In this document: in pieces, positions 11,392 to 23,670 of the stretch | Layout: each line of letters starts with the position of its first letter | Numbering within the stretch: the first letter of the stretch is position 1 | DNA from: an uncultured bacterium | GTDB lineage: Bacteria > Planctomycetota > UBA8108 > UBA1146 | Length of the DNA stretch: 64,000 nucleotides | Reading direction: 5' to 3' | NCBI GenBank assembly: GCA_937876125.1 | Contig: CALEHF010000264.1 | Location: 267 to 64,266 of the forward strand | Notes under the pieces: generated by a model | What the model was told of the DNA's origin: nothing | Seen by the model: the letters and a program-made list of their open reading frames with translations, nothing else | The model's database searches: none | Made by a program: the position numbers and the translations under genes

Positions 11392-12603
11392 ATGGTGACC
11401 ACTCGAACGATCAAGGGGCTCGGATTCTCTCTGTTGACCGTGACCAGCACGCTCCTCCTCCTAGTCCTGCAAACTCCCGCGCACGCAGGCGGACACACGT
11501 GGCGCGTCAACGAGGTGTTCAGCAACTCAGACGGCACGATTCAATTCATCGAGATTCGTGAATGCTGCGGGCTTCCCAACGAGACCGGCCTCAGCGGGCA
11601 CAGCGTCCGGAGCGCGGCCACCGGCATGCAGTTTCCGCTCACCCAGAACCTTGCCGCTGGAACCACGGCGAACGCGCACATCCTGTTCGGAACCGCGGCG
11701 TTCGCCGCACTCCCCGGTGCGCCAGCCCCCGATTTCATCATCAACGACAACTTCATCGGCCTGAACGGCGACACCATCAACTACTTCCCGAACGGTGGGA
11801 GCGATATCGCCTTCCTCGCGGGAGAGCTTCCCATCGACGGGGTCTTGTCGCTCCACGACGATGGTGCGGGCTTCCTCGTGCTCGCGAACACCCCGACAAA
11901 CTTTCTCGGGGTGACCGCGACGATCGATGCGGGGGGCAACAACCCGATCCCGGAAGTGTCGCTGGACTTAGGCGCAAGCGCGGCTCCCGAAGGGGGCGGT
12001 GCGCATGGGGTAAACGTGGTGCTCGGTGGACTCGGGAGTGGCAACGCCACCACCGAAGCGATCACCGTCATGGTCGCCGATAACGGATCCGGAACCGCGA
12101 CCGCGGGGAGTGACTACTCCTCGTTCGGCACCCAATTGGTCACGATCGCGATCGGAGCGGTGGACGGCGATCTCTTTCCTGTCACTCTCGACGTGCTCGA
12201 CGACGCGTTGCCGGAAGGGAGCGAGACGGTCTCTCTCGATCTCGTTTCAGCCACCGGAATGAGCGCCGTCCTTGGCGCCACCATCGCTCACATCGTCACG
12301 ATCCTCGACGACGATGGTCCCCCGCCCGCGACCGAGTTCATCCGGGGCGACATCAACCAGGACGGATCGATCAACATCGCCGACCCGATCCGTGCGCTCG
12401 AAGCTCTGTTCGTGGGGAACCCGACCACCTGCAACGCGGCGGAAGATCTGAACGACGACGGCAACGTCAACATTGGCGATCCGATCTATCAGCTCGGGAG
12501 CCTGTTTTCTATGGGCGACCCGCCGCCCCCACCGTTCCCTGGGTGTGGGCTCGACCCCACCCCCGATGCGTTGATCTGCGCCTCGCATACGCAGTGTCCC
12601 TGA
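11392..12603 (+). CDS. Secreted Calx-beta domain protein with a dockerin-like, 4-Cys C-terminal module (CTD family member 1)
   Basis: RBS AAAGGTGG precedes an ATG at 11392. Signal peptide MVTTRTIKGLGFSLLTVTSTLLLLVLQTPAHA. Calx-beta signature ...ATAGSDYSSFGTQLVTIAIGAVDGDLFPVTLDVLDDALPEGSETVSL. C-terminal 88 aa: FIRGDINQDGSINIADPIRALEALF...DLNDDGNVNIGDPIYQLGSLF...PPPPPFPGCGLDPTPDALICASHTQCP. Confidence 0.75.
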   Translation: MVTTRTIKGLGFSLLTVTSTLLLLVLQTPAHAGGHTWRVNEVFSNSDGTIQFIEIRECCGLPNETGLSGHSVRSAATGMQFPLTQNLAAGTTANAHILFGTAAFAALPGAPAPDFIINDNFIGLNGDTINYFPNGGSDIAFLAGELPIDGVLSLHDDGAGFLVLANTPTNFLGVTATIDAGGNNPIPEVSLDLGASAAPEGGGAHGVNVVLGGLGSGNATTEAITVMVADNGSGTATAGSDYSSFGTQLVTIAIGAVDGDLFPVTLDVLDDALPEGSETVSLDLVSATGMSAVLGATIAHIVTILDDDGPPPATEFIRGDINQDGSINIADPIRALEALFVGNPTTCNAAEDLNDDGNVNIGDPIYQLGSLFSMGDPPPPPFPGCGLDPTPDALICASHTQCP

Positions 12604-12604
12604 A

Positions 12605-13285
12605 GTGAGTCGCGTCCTTGATGTGATTCGGATTTCCCCAACTCAGCGGCGCTCTCGAGGAGCGTCGCTGAGTTTCGGTTTGTTGCTCGGGCTCCTCACT
12701 GGGGTCGTCGCCAGCGGGTGCGCTCCGCACCCGGTGAACACGACTCACCCACCCCAGCTCACTTGCGCCGACTGTCGCGCGGCGCTCCCCGTCAATGGCT
12801 GGTGCACCGTGTGCGAGATCGGCTACGTCGCCGCGGTCCGCATCCGTTCCCACCTCATGCATGAGATGCTCGATGCCCACGGCCACGACATCACCGATTG
12901 GACCCACGACTGTCTCGACTGCGCCGAGCGAATCGAAACCGACGGGTTTTGCAGCCTCTGTGGTTTCGGATTCGTCGACGGCAAGCTGTACTTCACCGCG
13001 CTGACTTGGAGCCTCGGCCTCGGCTCCGTGATCGACCTCGCCGCGAACGACTGTGCCGTGTGCCGAGACCGCTCCGCCGGGTCGTGGTGGTGCGATGAGT
13101 GTCGCCGAGGAATCGTCGGGAACGTCGCATTCACCGACGAAAAGAAGTTCGAGCGAGCTCAGACGGAGTACCGCCGACTCGTCGCCGCGCTGACCTCTCT
13201 CGAGAGGTGCGAGGCGTGCGCGATCAGCCAGTTCCAGGGGATCGAATGCCCCGACTGTCGCGCACGCGAACGCGCCGGGGAGTGA
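12605..13285 (+). CDS. Cysteine-rich lipoprotein made of four tandem zinc-ribbon-like CxxC-x9/10-CxxC units
   Basis: Lipobox LLGLLTGVVASG-C. Then CADC-x10-CTVC, CLDC-x9-CSLC, CAVC-x9-CDEC, CEAC-x9-CPDC. Starts 2 nt after the stop of the upstream Calx-beta/CTD gene. Confidence 0.6.
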   Translation: MSRVLDVIRISPTQRRSRGASLSFGLLLGLLTGVVASGCAPHPVNTTHPPQLTCADCRAALPVNGWCTVCEIGYVAAVRIRSHLMHEMLDAHGHDITDWTHDCLDCAERIETDGFCSLCGFGFVDGKLYFTALTWSLGLGSVIDLAANDCAVCRDRSAGSWWCDECRRGIVGNVAFTDEKKFERAQTEYRRLVAALTSLERCEACAISQFQGIECPDCRARERAGE

Positions 13286-13396
13286 ACGCTCGGGCACCCT
13301 CTTCCCGCAACTCTTGACTTCACTCTGACCTCTGTCGATGCTCCTCTCGTGCACGAGGCTCTTCGCCAGTCTTGTGCATCGAAAGGCGGAGGAGTG

Positions 13397-14341
13397 ATGA
13401 GAGACCACATGCTGATCGACACCAACGGGGCGTTCGTTCGACTCCGCCAGACCCTCACTTTGATGGGCGTGCTGTTGCTCGGTGCGGCTTCCATCAGTCG
13501 TGGCCAAGAGCCGCCTGCCACCGACGGAGAGACCGAAACAAGCACTCTCGACGATGAGGACGAGCTCGAAGAAGAGGAAGAAGCCCCCTCGCGCGCCCTC
13601 CTCGAGTGGTGGCTCGAAAGCCTCGCCATCGACGTGAAGACGATCGAGGGCGCGAATGGCGGGGTCGGGATCGACGTCGAGTGGGAGAAAGAGATCGCCG
13701 AGCTGTATCGCTCGGTCGGCGATACCGACTTTGGGTTGCTGGCGAGCCTCGGGATCGACGGCCGCTTCGGAACCGCCTCAGAGAGAGACGACAACACCCC
13801 GCGCTCCCTCGAAATCACACCACAAATCTATACCCACTGGCGGGTGGCGGACCTCGGCGAGTTCGATCAGACCATCGATCTCGGCGTCTCTCCCGCGAAA
13901 CTCGAGGCCGATCAAGACTTCGACACCGTGAACTACGGCTTCGAAACCTACCTCGCCGCCCCGATCCCCTACTCGTGGTGGTTCGCACGGGGAATCCATC
14001 GCCTGTTCGGCGAGCCGACCCGCCCCCTCGTGAAGCCGATCACGGCGCGCGCCGGGTGGACGATGATCAGTCGGATCGAGGATGAGCAGGACCGCGATAC
14101 GCGCGGGAGGTTCGAGGTCTCCCTTTCAACGCGCATCTTCTTACGCGACACGGTCGGCGTCACGATCGATGCGCGGCACTACTTCGAGGAGGGGGGGAAC
14201 GACTTCGGCTTCGTCGAAGTGGAGGCGGATCTGCCTCTGAGCGAGAACACGCGCCTCGAAATCTCCTACACCGACGGGCGTTTGCCGCTGTCGCCAGATG
14301 CATCGCACACGCTGTCGCTGGGGGTTTCGCTCCGGTTCTGA
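13397..14341 (+). CDS. Secreted, probable outer-membrane beta-barrel-like hypothetical protein
   Basis: Signal peptide MRDHMLIDTNGAFVRLRQTLTLMGVLLLGAASISRG, an acidic linker, alternating amphipathic beta-strand character, and a C-terminal ...LSLGVSLRF with terminal Phe typical of OMPs. Confidence 0.5.
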   Translation: MRDHMLIDTNGAFVRLRQTLTLMGVLLLGAASISRGQEPPATDGETETSTLDDEDELEEEEEAPSRALLEWWLESLAIDVKTIEGANGGVGIDVEWEKEIAELYRSVGDTDFGLLASLGIDGRFGTASERDDNTPRSLEITPQIYTHWRVADLGEFDQTIDLGVSPAKLEADQDFDTVNYGFETYLAAPIPYSWWFARGIHRLFGEPTRPLVKPITARAGWTMISRIEDEQDRDTRGRFEVSLSTRIFLRDTVGVTIDARHYFEEGGNDFGFVEVEADLPLSENTRLEISYTDGRLPLSPDASHTLSLGVSLRF

Positions 14342-14472
14342 GCGCCCGTGGACCGATTCACACCTCCTGGGCCATCCCCCCTCGACCCGGTCTATCGATT
14401 CCCGCTACGATCCGAGGGACCACTGAGCTTTCCGACTGCTTCTGGATCCAAGCCCGAAGGGACAGAGACCCC

Positions 14473-15315
14473 GTGCCAGCGAAGAGGATCGAACCCGGGC
14501 TCTCCCCCACGCGACAGAGGCTCCACGAAATCATCTTCGAGGCGGACACCCCCGCCGGGAAGCGGTTCGATGTCGTGCTCCTCTGGGCGATCGTCATCTC
14601 CACCGGCGCGGTGATGCTCGAGAGCGTGGAGGAGATCAAGGCCGCCCACGGCCCTCTGCTGACGACCGTCGAGTGGGTCTTCACGGCGCTCTTCAGCGTC
14701 GAGTACTTCCTTCGCCTCTGGTGCGTCCGTCGCCCCGCTCGCTACGCCCGCAGCTTCTTCGGGCTGGTCGACCTCGGGTCGATCTTGCCGACCTACCTCA
14801 CCCTCTTCATTCCCGGCGCCCAGCCGTTGATGGTGGTCCGCGCACTCCGTCTGCTCCGCATCTTTCGCGTCTTCAAGCTCGGGCACTTTGTCACCCAGGG
14901 CGATTCGCTGATGCGCGCGCTCCATGCGAGTCGCGTGAAGATTACGGTGTTCCTCTTCGCAGTCATCAACATGACGCTGATCCTCGGCGCCGTGATGTAT
15001 CTAGTGGAGGGGGGGAGTGCGGACAGCGGCTTCACCAGCATCCCGAAGGGGATGTACTGGGCAATCGTGACGATGACCACGGTCGGCTACGGCGATCTCA
15101 CGCCCCAAACCACGCTCGGGCAGTTCATTTCGGCGGGAGTGATGGTGCTCGGGTACGCGATCATCGCGATCCCCACCGGCATCGTCAGTGTGGAGATCGC
15201 GAGAGCGGTGCGGGCGGAGATCTCGACGCAAGCGTGCCCGACCTGCAGCCGCGAGGGGCACGACCCAAACGCCGTCTATTGCAAGCACTGCGGGGCGCGG
15301 ATGGGACATTCGTGA
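14473..15315 (+). CDS. Voltage-gated-type (6TM) potassium channel with a C-terminal zinc-ribbon
   Basis: S4-like RALRLLRIFRVFK, selectivity filter TMTTVGYGDLTP, and a C-terminal CPTC-x11-CKHC. Confidence 0.85.
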   Translation: MPAKRIEPGLSPTRQRLHEIIFEADTPAGKRFDVVLLWAIVISTGAVMLESVEEIKAAHGPLLTTVEWVFTALFSVEYFLRLWCVRRPARYARSFFGLVDLGSILPTYLTLFIPGAQPLMVVRALRLLRIFRVFKLGHFVTQGDSLMRALHASRVKITVFLFAVINMTLILGAVMYLVEGGSADSGFTSIPKGMYWAIVTMTTVGYGDLTPQTTLGQFISAGVMVLGYAIIAIPTGIVSVEIARAVRAEISTQACPTCSREGHDPNAVYCKHCGARMGHS

Positions 15316-15434
15316 GCTCCCGAGCCAGCCATGGCGTGGTTCAAGTGCCGCATTTTTCCAATTCAGCCGCCCAAAGAGAACCTATCCTGCACTTTGGTGA
15401 GGCGACGAGCGCCTCTCTACAGAAGAGGTGACTG

Positions 15435-15911
15435 ATGAATCGACGCGTCCTCTGCCTTGGTGCCCTAGCCCTCCTTTGCGGCTCCGCGTTCGTGGGCGGC
15501 GCCGATCCGGCGCCCCCTTCGGTCCGCTCCCTCGAGTTCCTCGCCGGAGACTGGGAGGCGAATAAGTGGGGCGGTGATTTTCGAGCGCACTACTCGACTC
15601 CCGCGGGCAAAGTGCTCTCCCACAGCACGCAGCACAAAGACAAGACGCTCGCGTTCTACGAATTCGAAGTGTTCGAGGTGAAGGACGGGAAACTCACTCT
15701 GACCCCCTACCCCGGCGGAACTCCTGCCGCTCAGTTCTCGGCAACCAGCATCGTGAAGAACAAGGTCGTGTTCGAAAATCCAAAGAAGGACTTCCCGACC
15801 CGGATCGTCTACGAGCGACCCTCGAAGGATCTGCTCCGCATCACGCTCGACGACCCGCACCACGAAGGTGGGAAGTCGGACGTGTTCGAACTCCAGCGGG
15901 TTGTGCGCTGA
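15435..15911 (+). CDS. Secreted hypothetical protein
   Basis: Signal peptide MNRRVLCLGALALLCGSAFVGGA. Lys-rich, non-GC-biased composition. No confident family assignment. Confidence 0.55.
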   Translation: MNRRVLCLGALALLCGSAFVGGADPAPPSVRSLEFLAGDWEANKWGGDFRAHYSTPAGKVLSHSTQHKDKTLAFYEFEVFEVKDGKLTLTPYPGGTPAAQFSATSIVKNKVVFENPKKDFPTRIVYERPSKDLLRITLDDPHHEGGKSDVFELQRVVR

Positions 15912-16461
15912 TCCGTTCTTCGAGATCGAGACTCGACAAACAAAGAGGCCGGCGCCGCGATGCGAAGACGGTTCCGGTCGGGCCCGCCGCTTCGGCCAAG
16001 AGAAACGTGAAGGCGCCGCTTCCGCACCCGATGTCCGCGCCCACCGTCCCCGGCTCGACCCCGAAGGAGTGCGTGAGAACGTAGTCTCGGAGGGGGCTGT
16101 CGCGATGTTCCGGCGGAACCTGGCCGGCGAGGGGCGGCGCGTTCGCGGGGTAGACCTCGAAGCCGCCTCGCTCCACGAACCAGAGGGGGGCATTGATCGA
16201 AGTCACTCTGGCGGGGCGCTTCGGGTCGGAGTCGGAAGCCTCCATCTCCCACCCCTTCGGAGAAGCCAAACCGGCGGAATTCGCCGCTCTTCCAAGCACC
16301 GGCTGCGGGCCCTTCGAGGGGCTTACCGTTCCCCTCGAAGGAGCGTCCGCCGCGCAGCCAGCGATCCCCACAACAGTCCCAAACGTGCAGCAGAGAAGAA
16401 GTGCGCGTAACTGACCCGCCAGCCTCGGTCCCCCACCGATGTTCCTTTCGCAGTTTCGCAT
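15841..16461 (-). pseudogene. Possible remnant or N-terminal fragment of a class I SAM-dependent methyltransferase
   Basis: Contains MTase motif I, VGADIGCGSGAFTFLLAEAAGPTGTVFAS, but the ORF then degenerates and overlaps the 3' end of the convergent 15435..15911 gene. No in-frame continuation carrying the downstream MTase motifs (post-I, II) was found. Confidence 0.25.
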
Positions 16462-16770
16462 CTCACTCCCCTCCCTTGCCCCTCGCCCGGACCCTCGAAT
16501 TTACCGGCCCCATCCTTGCCACTGACAAACTTCGTCCCTTTGCCGCATCGGCGGCCAGCATCCTACTCTTCGATGGCGGCGCACTGCTCCTTCGAGGGGC
16601 AAACCGACTCGGGGGGGGAGACCTCCGAAGATCCCACTTGGGATACGCCACTACGATTTCCCTGGCAGACGCACCGGTCGCTCTCCGAGAGGGAGCCCCC
16701 CGTCGGCGACGGTTTCGGTTCACTCACAGAACCCGGGCCACCCGATGACGACCGGGCGAGGAGGTGAGAA

Positions 16771-19239
<2,469 letters not shown>

Positions 19240-19270
19240 GACTGCGGCTCGCCGGATACCGGTCATGGAG

Positions 19271-19320
19271 GCGCCGGCGTCCACTTCCCCTCGGGGTCGT
19301 GGGCGCCGGTGGTTTTTTTT
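19271..19320 (+). terminator. Rho-independent terminator downstream of clpC
   Basis: GC-rich imperfect hairpin (ccggcgtccac ... gtgggcgccgg) immediately followed by T8 (ggtggttttttttgcc). Confidence 0.7.
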
Positions 19321-19470
19321 GCCCGGTCGATCCGATTCATAGGCGACCCTCCAATGACCCACCCTCCCCAACCGGTACTCCTCTCTCGCCCGCCTGTGTG
19401 CTACCGTTCGCGGTAGTTGAGTCGGCCCCCCCGCCACGACCTCAGCTCTGAAACGGAGGAGCGAGTCGCA

Positions 19471-21600
19471 ATGCAGTCCATCTATCGCGCGGCTCCTCGC
19501 TCCCCCGGCAAGGATGTCGCACTCGGTATCGCATTCGCGCTCACCTACCTCGTCCTCTCACGACTCTGCATTGCGACCGCCGAATTCCGGGGGGGGTTGC
19601 CATCGGTCTGGCCACCCGCCGGGCTCTCCGCCGCACTCTTGCTCCTTCGGGGCCCGCGCTGCTGGCCCGCGGTCGTGCTCGGCAGTGGGCTCGTCGTTTG
19701 GTCGATGGGCCTCGGGGCACCGACCATCGCGTTCAACTGCCTCGCCCAGCTCGTCGAAGTTCTGCTGTTCATCGGCATCCTGTCCCGCGTGCGCGCATTC
19801 GATCTCTCCCTCTCGCGCACTTCTGACGTCACCAAGTTGATCTTGTGGGCCGCGCTCCCGAGCACACTCATTGGAGGACTGCTCGGAAACTTGGGGTGGT
19901 GGCTCGGTGGCGAACTCGCCGGCGATCAGGTCATCCGCGGCGCTCTCCTGTGGTGGTTGCGGAACTTCGCGGGGATCGTTCTCGTCACACCCTTGATCCT
20001 CGTGTGGTGGCAACGCCCTCTTTGGAGCCGTTCGACCTGGGTGTCGGTCCTCACTCCTTCGCTCCTCTTGGCTCTGGCCGCGATCGGCGTCGGCCGCATC
20101 ACGCCGCCCGCCTCCTTGGGGGCGCTGCTCGGACTCCTCACCCTGACGCTCCCCTTGCCCCTCATCGTGTGGGTCGGCTGGCGTCACGGCATGCACGGAA
20201 TCACCGTGATTCATGTCGCCATGTTCGTCGTCATCACCGAAGCGGGCTACCAACTGAACGCGGTCTACGGTCGAGCGATGGTGGTCCCCCACGTCGAGAT
20301 CGTCGTGTTCGAAGTGCTCGTCGCGATGATCGTCGTGGTCACCAGCCTGCTCCTCACGGCAGCGATTACGGAGAGGCGCGCCCTCGAAGCCTCGGCGCGC
20401 GTATCCCAACGTCTCGATTCCCTCGGGAGACTCGCCGGGGGAGTCGCCCACGACTTCAACAACATGCTCGCGGTGATCACCGCGAACCTGTGGATCGCCC
20501 GAGAGTCTCTCGCGGCAGAACCACATCCCGCAGATCCCAGCGCCCAAGAGCCGATCGAATTCAGCCTCGATCAGATCGAGCAGGCGGTCGAGCGTGCCGG
20601 CGGTCTCACCCGCCAACTTCTCCACTTCGGGAGAAAGGTCGGGGGGCGCGTCGAGGAGGTCGATCTCCCCGAGGTCGTCATCGAGATGAGGAAACTCCTC
20701 CACCACTTGGTCGGCACTCAGATCGAGCTCGAAGTGACGATCGATGATCCGATCGCGCCCATCCACATCGTGCGATCACAGGTCGAGCAGGTTGTCATGA
20801 ACCTGATTCTCAACGCGCGAGACGCCATCACGGGAAGCGGCGAGATCATGATCGGCCTTTCGATGACGAACGACGTGAACCCCGAATCACCCCAAGTGTG
20901 CCTCACGGTGAGGGACACGGGATCGGGGATCGACCGTCGCCTTCTCGAGCGAATCTTCGATCCCTTTGTGACCTCCAAGGAGGATGGACGAGGGACGGGT
21001 CTCGGGCTCGCTACGGTCTACGGGATCGTCAAGAGCGCCGGGGGCAGGATTGCGGTGGAGAGTCTCGTGGGGTCGGGAACGATGTTCTCGGTCCACTTCC
21101 CTGCCGTCGCCACGGAAGTCGCGAAAGGTCCTCAAGAGGAAACTCAGAAGAAGAGTGAGGCTGACCGTGGGCCAGACACCAGCGAGGAGACGCGAGGAGT
21201 CTCGCCAGCGCCCGGGGCCGCGAAGATCCTCGTCTGCGATGACGACGACTCCGTGCGGATGGCGATCGAGGGAGTGCTCTCTTCGGCGGGGTACTCTATC
21301 GTCGCGGCCGGGCATCCAAAAGAAGCGCTTCGCATGCTGGAGGAGGATGAATCGCTCCCCGACCTCCTTCTCACTGACATTGTGATGCCCGATCTCGATG
21401 GCCACCAGCTGGCCGGCCGGGTCCGAACGCTCCACCCGAGTATTCGGGTTCTCTACATGTCAGGCTACGCCAACTCGGGACATGTCGAAGAATCACAATG
21501 GTTGACCAAACCCTTCTCCGCAAAGAGTCTGCTCAGCCGCGTGCGCTTCCTGCTCGATCCGGAGGGCACGAAGCGTCCGCGAGAACCCGAGAGGGGTTAG
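19471..21600 (+). CDS. Hybrid sensor histidine kinase / response regulator with a polytopic (MASE1-like) N-terminal sensor
   Basis: About 8 N-terminal TM helices. HisKA H-box LGRLAGGVAHDFNNMLAVI, an HATPase_c region (GTGLGLATVYGIVK), and a C-terminal receiver KILVCDDDDSVRMAIE...LLLTDIVMPDLDGHQLA. Confidence 0.85.
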   Translation: MQSIYRAAPRSPGKDVALGIAFALTYLVLSRLCIATAEFRGGLPSVWPPAGLSAALLLLRGPRCWPAVVLGSGLVVWSMGLGAPTIAFNCLAQLVEVLLFIGILSRVRAFDLSLSRTSDVTKLILWAALPSTLIGGLLGNLGWWLGGELAGDQVIRGALLWWLRNFAGIVLVTPLILVWWQRPLWSRSTWVSVLTPSLLLALAAIGVGRITPPASLGALLGLLTLTLPLPLIVWVGWRHGMHGITVIHVAMFVVITEAGYQLNAVYGRAMVVPHVEIVVFEVLVAMIVVVTSLLLTAAITERRALEASARVSQRLDSLGRLAGGVAHDFNNMLAVITANLWIARESLAAEPHPADPSAQEPIEFSLDQIEQAVERAGGLTRQLLHFGRKVGGRVEEVDLPEVVIEMRKLLHHLVGTQIELEVTIDDPIAPIHIVRSQVEQVVMNLILNARDAITGSGEIMIGLSMTNDVNPESPQVCLTVRDTGSGIDRRLLERIFDPFVTSKEDGRGTGLGLATVYGIVKSAGGRIAVESLVGSGTMFSVHFPAVATEVAKGPQEETQKKSEADRGPDTSEETRGVSPAPGAAKILVCDDDDSVRMAIEGVLSSAGYSIVAAGHPKEALRMLEEDESLPDLLLTDIVMPDLDGHQLAGRVRTLHPSIRVLYMSGYANSGHVEESQWLTKPFSAKSLLSRVRFLLDPEGTKRPREPERG

Positions 21601-22985
21601 TCCAGCTCATCGAAGATCCGCGCACATTCGCGAAGACTCCGGCGCACTTGCTTCGGCCAGGAAGCTTTCAAGCGACGAAACTGCTTCGCCGCGAGCTCGA
21701 GGATCGAAGTCACAGTCGCGACCGCCAAACCTAGAGGATCGACACGCTGACCACTCGCTTCCACGTAGCCGGCGAGAAACGCAGCTCGGAATTGATCAAC
21801 ATCCGCGATCAACTTTCGTTGCCCCAGCATCCACAGTTGAGCGCAGAAGCTGCCGAGGTCGACAGTCGTGTCGCCCCACCCCGCCCACTCGACATCGAGA
21901 AGCCAATCCACGTCGGGTCCGACGACGATCTGCTCCGGATGGAAATCCCCATGGACCGTGCCGAACGGTCCGGCTTGGCACTCCTTCTCGAGCCTGGCGA
22001 GACGCCTGAAAATCTTCCGCGCGTTCAAATCCAGGTCGGCGGCGGCGAGGTCGAGGAGTCTGGCTGTCTCCGCATGGTCGCGGAGACGATGAGAGGTGTC
22101 TCCTGCCTCCTCGGAAAACGCACCACTCTGATGAAGGTTGGCGATGCGAATGCCCGCTCGTTCCGCGTACTTCACACCGTCTTCCCCCTCGAGGAGACTC
22201 GCGAGCGTGTCCCCCGAGATCTTCTCCATCGCGACGATCTCCAACTCGGGGATCGCGAACAAGACCCGGGGCACTTGCAAGCGAGTCGTCGTCCCGAGAG
22301 CTTCCCTGAGTCGGGTCGTGATCGAGCTCACGGTATGTGCGAGATCCTCCCGCTCGAAACGAAGAACCATGGAGATGTGCGCGGGGGAACTCTCGCCCGG
22401 GACGAACCAGTAACTATCGCAACTAGAGACGAGACGTCGCTCCGGTTTGTAGCGCAGAATTTGAATGGCAAACTGATCCGCATCGAACACCCACCCCGGG
22501 GGGACGAGCGCGCGCAGCTCGGGTTCCAGCTCTTTGGCGAGGGTCTTCGGATCTCGGATCCAGGGGAGGTGAGGCAACCGCGAGTCGTTTGGAAACTCGA
22601 GCCACACCGTGCGCAGCTCGGGGAACAACAGAATCTCGGGAATCAGTTGCCCGGGCACGATGGCAGCGGCATCGGAGCGTCTCACCTCACGCTCGAAGGT
22701 CGCCTCCGACTCACAGCGCGCATAGAGCGAAACCTGCCGCGCACTCGACGACTTCTCAGGAAGAAAGCGCACATCGACCGCGATGACCGCGTCCTTGCCG
22801 GGGTGCGCACGCAGATGCCGAAGTTCGCACGACTCGAGCTTGGCTCCCGCCGTGCACTCGGCGCGCAGTCGCTCGAGAATGGCACCTGGCCGCAGCAGCT
22901 CGCACAGCTCGGGTCCAAGGGATTCGGGGACGTGGAGCGCGTACGGCGTTCGAGCCCCGGACCCACCGGCTCTTTCTAGGGTCAC
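21597..22985 (-). CDS. Aminoglycoside-phosphotransferase (APH)/choline-kinase-like family kinase
   Basis: 462 aa. Brenner motif HGDFHPEQIVV and the downstream LLDVEWAGWGD (DxE) metal-binding motif. Confidence 0.65.
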   Translation of the reverse strand: MTLERAGGSGARTPYALHVPESLGPELCELLRPGAILERLRAECTAGAKLESCELRHLRAHPGKDAVIAVDVRFLPEKSSSARQVSLYARCESEATFEREVRRSDAAAIVPGQLIPEILLFPELRTVWLEFPNDSRLPHLPWIRDPKTLAKELEPELRALVPPGWVFDADQFAIQILRYKPERRLVSSCDSYWFVPGESSPAHISMVLRFEREDLAHTVSSITTRLREALGTTTRLQVPRVLFAIPELEIVAMEKISGDTLASLLEGEDGVKYAERAGIRIANLHQSGAFSEEAGDTSHRLRDHAETARLLDLAAADLDLNARKIFRRLARLEKECQAGPFGTVHGDFHPEQIVVGPDVDWLLDVEWAGWGDTTVDLGSFCAQLWMLGQRKLIADVDQFRAAFLAGYVEASGQRVDPLGLAVATVTSILELAAKQFRRLKASWPKQVRRSLRECARIFDELD

Positions 22986-23670
22986 TTTTGTACCTTGAGG
23001 AGGACGCGCTGCTGGTCGTATCCCGGGGTCCCATGACGTTCCCTGAGCTTGGTCTTCCGATGGCTCCCGACCACCGAAATCGAGGAGAACCCGGCGCGCT
23101 CGACGACGTCGAGCATGAAGGTGCGGGTCGGCAACATTTGGAAGCGCCCTGGCTTCTTGCTCTGACGGCGCACCAGCACCGCCTGGTCCTCATGCTCACG
23201 AGAAATTGCTTCGACATACTCGATGAACGCAAACTCACGGTCAATTCGAAGATCCGATCGATGGCCAAGAGCGGGTGACGCACGTGGTGGAGAACCGCGA
23301 GGAAGAGGACGATGTCGTGGGTTCCGATGTCAGCGGCGCGAAGGTCGAAGAAATCGCACGGGCGGAATTCGACGCGCGAACCTTTCCACCTGTGGATCAG
23401 ATCGAACTTCTCCCGCGCCGCAGGGTGCTGATCGACCGCGAGAATCGGCGCGGCCCCGCGCGATTCGAGCTCGAAAGAGTAGAAGCCCTCGTTGCACCCG
23501 ATATCGAGAACCGAGGTCCCCGTCAGGTCCGCGGGGAGGTCCATCATGGCGAGCTTGTCGGACTCCGAACTTCCCGTTTCGCCTTCCGTCGTCACCCCAT
23601 CCGCGAGCGGGATGCTCTGATACCATTTCTGAGTTTGAATCTGTTCGAGGAGTTCGTCACGCTCGACCAT
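22982..23670 (-). pseudogene. Class I SAM-dependent methyltransferase interrupted by a frameshift near 23180-23230. It is either a pseudogene or a sequencing error, and is translationally coupled to the APH-like gene.
   Basis: The N-terminal about 150 aa, in the frame of ORF 22756..23670, read ...KWYQSIPLADGVTTEGE...VLDIGCNEGFYSFELESRGAAPILAVDQ...VLHHVRHPLLAIDRIFELT and then turn to Arg/Ser garbage. The C-terminal about 65 aa continue in the other frame (ORF 22982..23179: ...PTRTFMLDVVERAGFSSISVV...). That ORF's stop overlaps the APH ATG by 4 nt. Confidence 0.55.

Noticed and set aside
15465-16193. 242-aa minus-strand ORF as a possible continuation of the methyltransferase fragment
   Set aside because: It is antisense to the well-formed secreted-protein gene 15435..15911 and lacks MTase post-I/II motifs. 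The MTase fragment is therefore treated as a remnant.
16462-16770. clpC upstream region scanned for CtsR (GGTCAAA direct repeat) or CIRCE/HrcA operators and for a tRNA
   Set aside because: No match to either operator consensus and no tRNA-like conserved T-arm (GGTTCGAATCC) was found. GC-rich with scattered short palindromes only.
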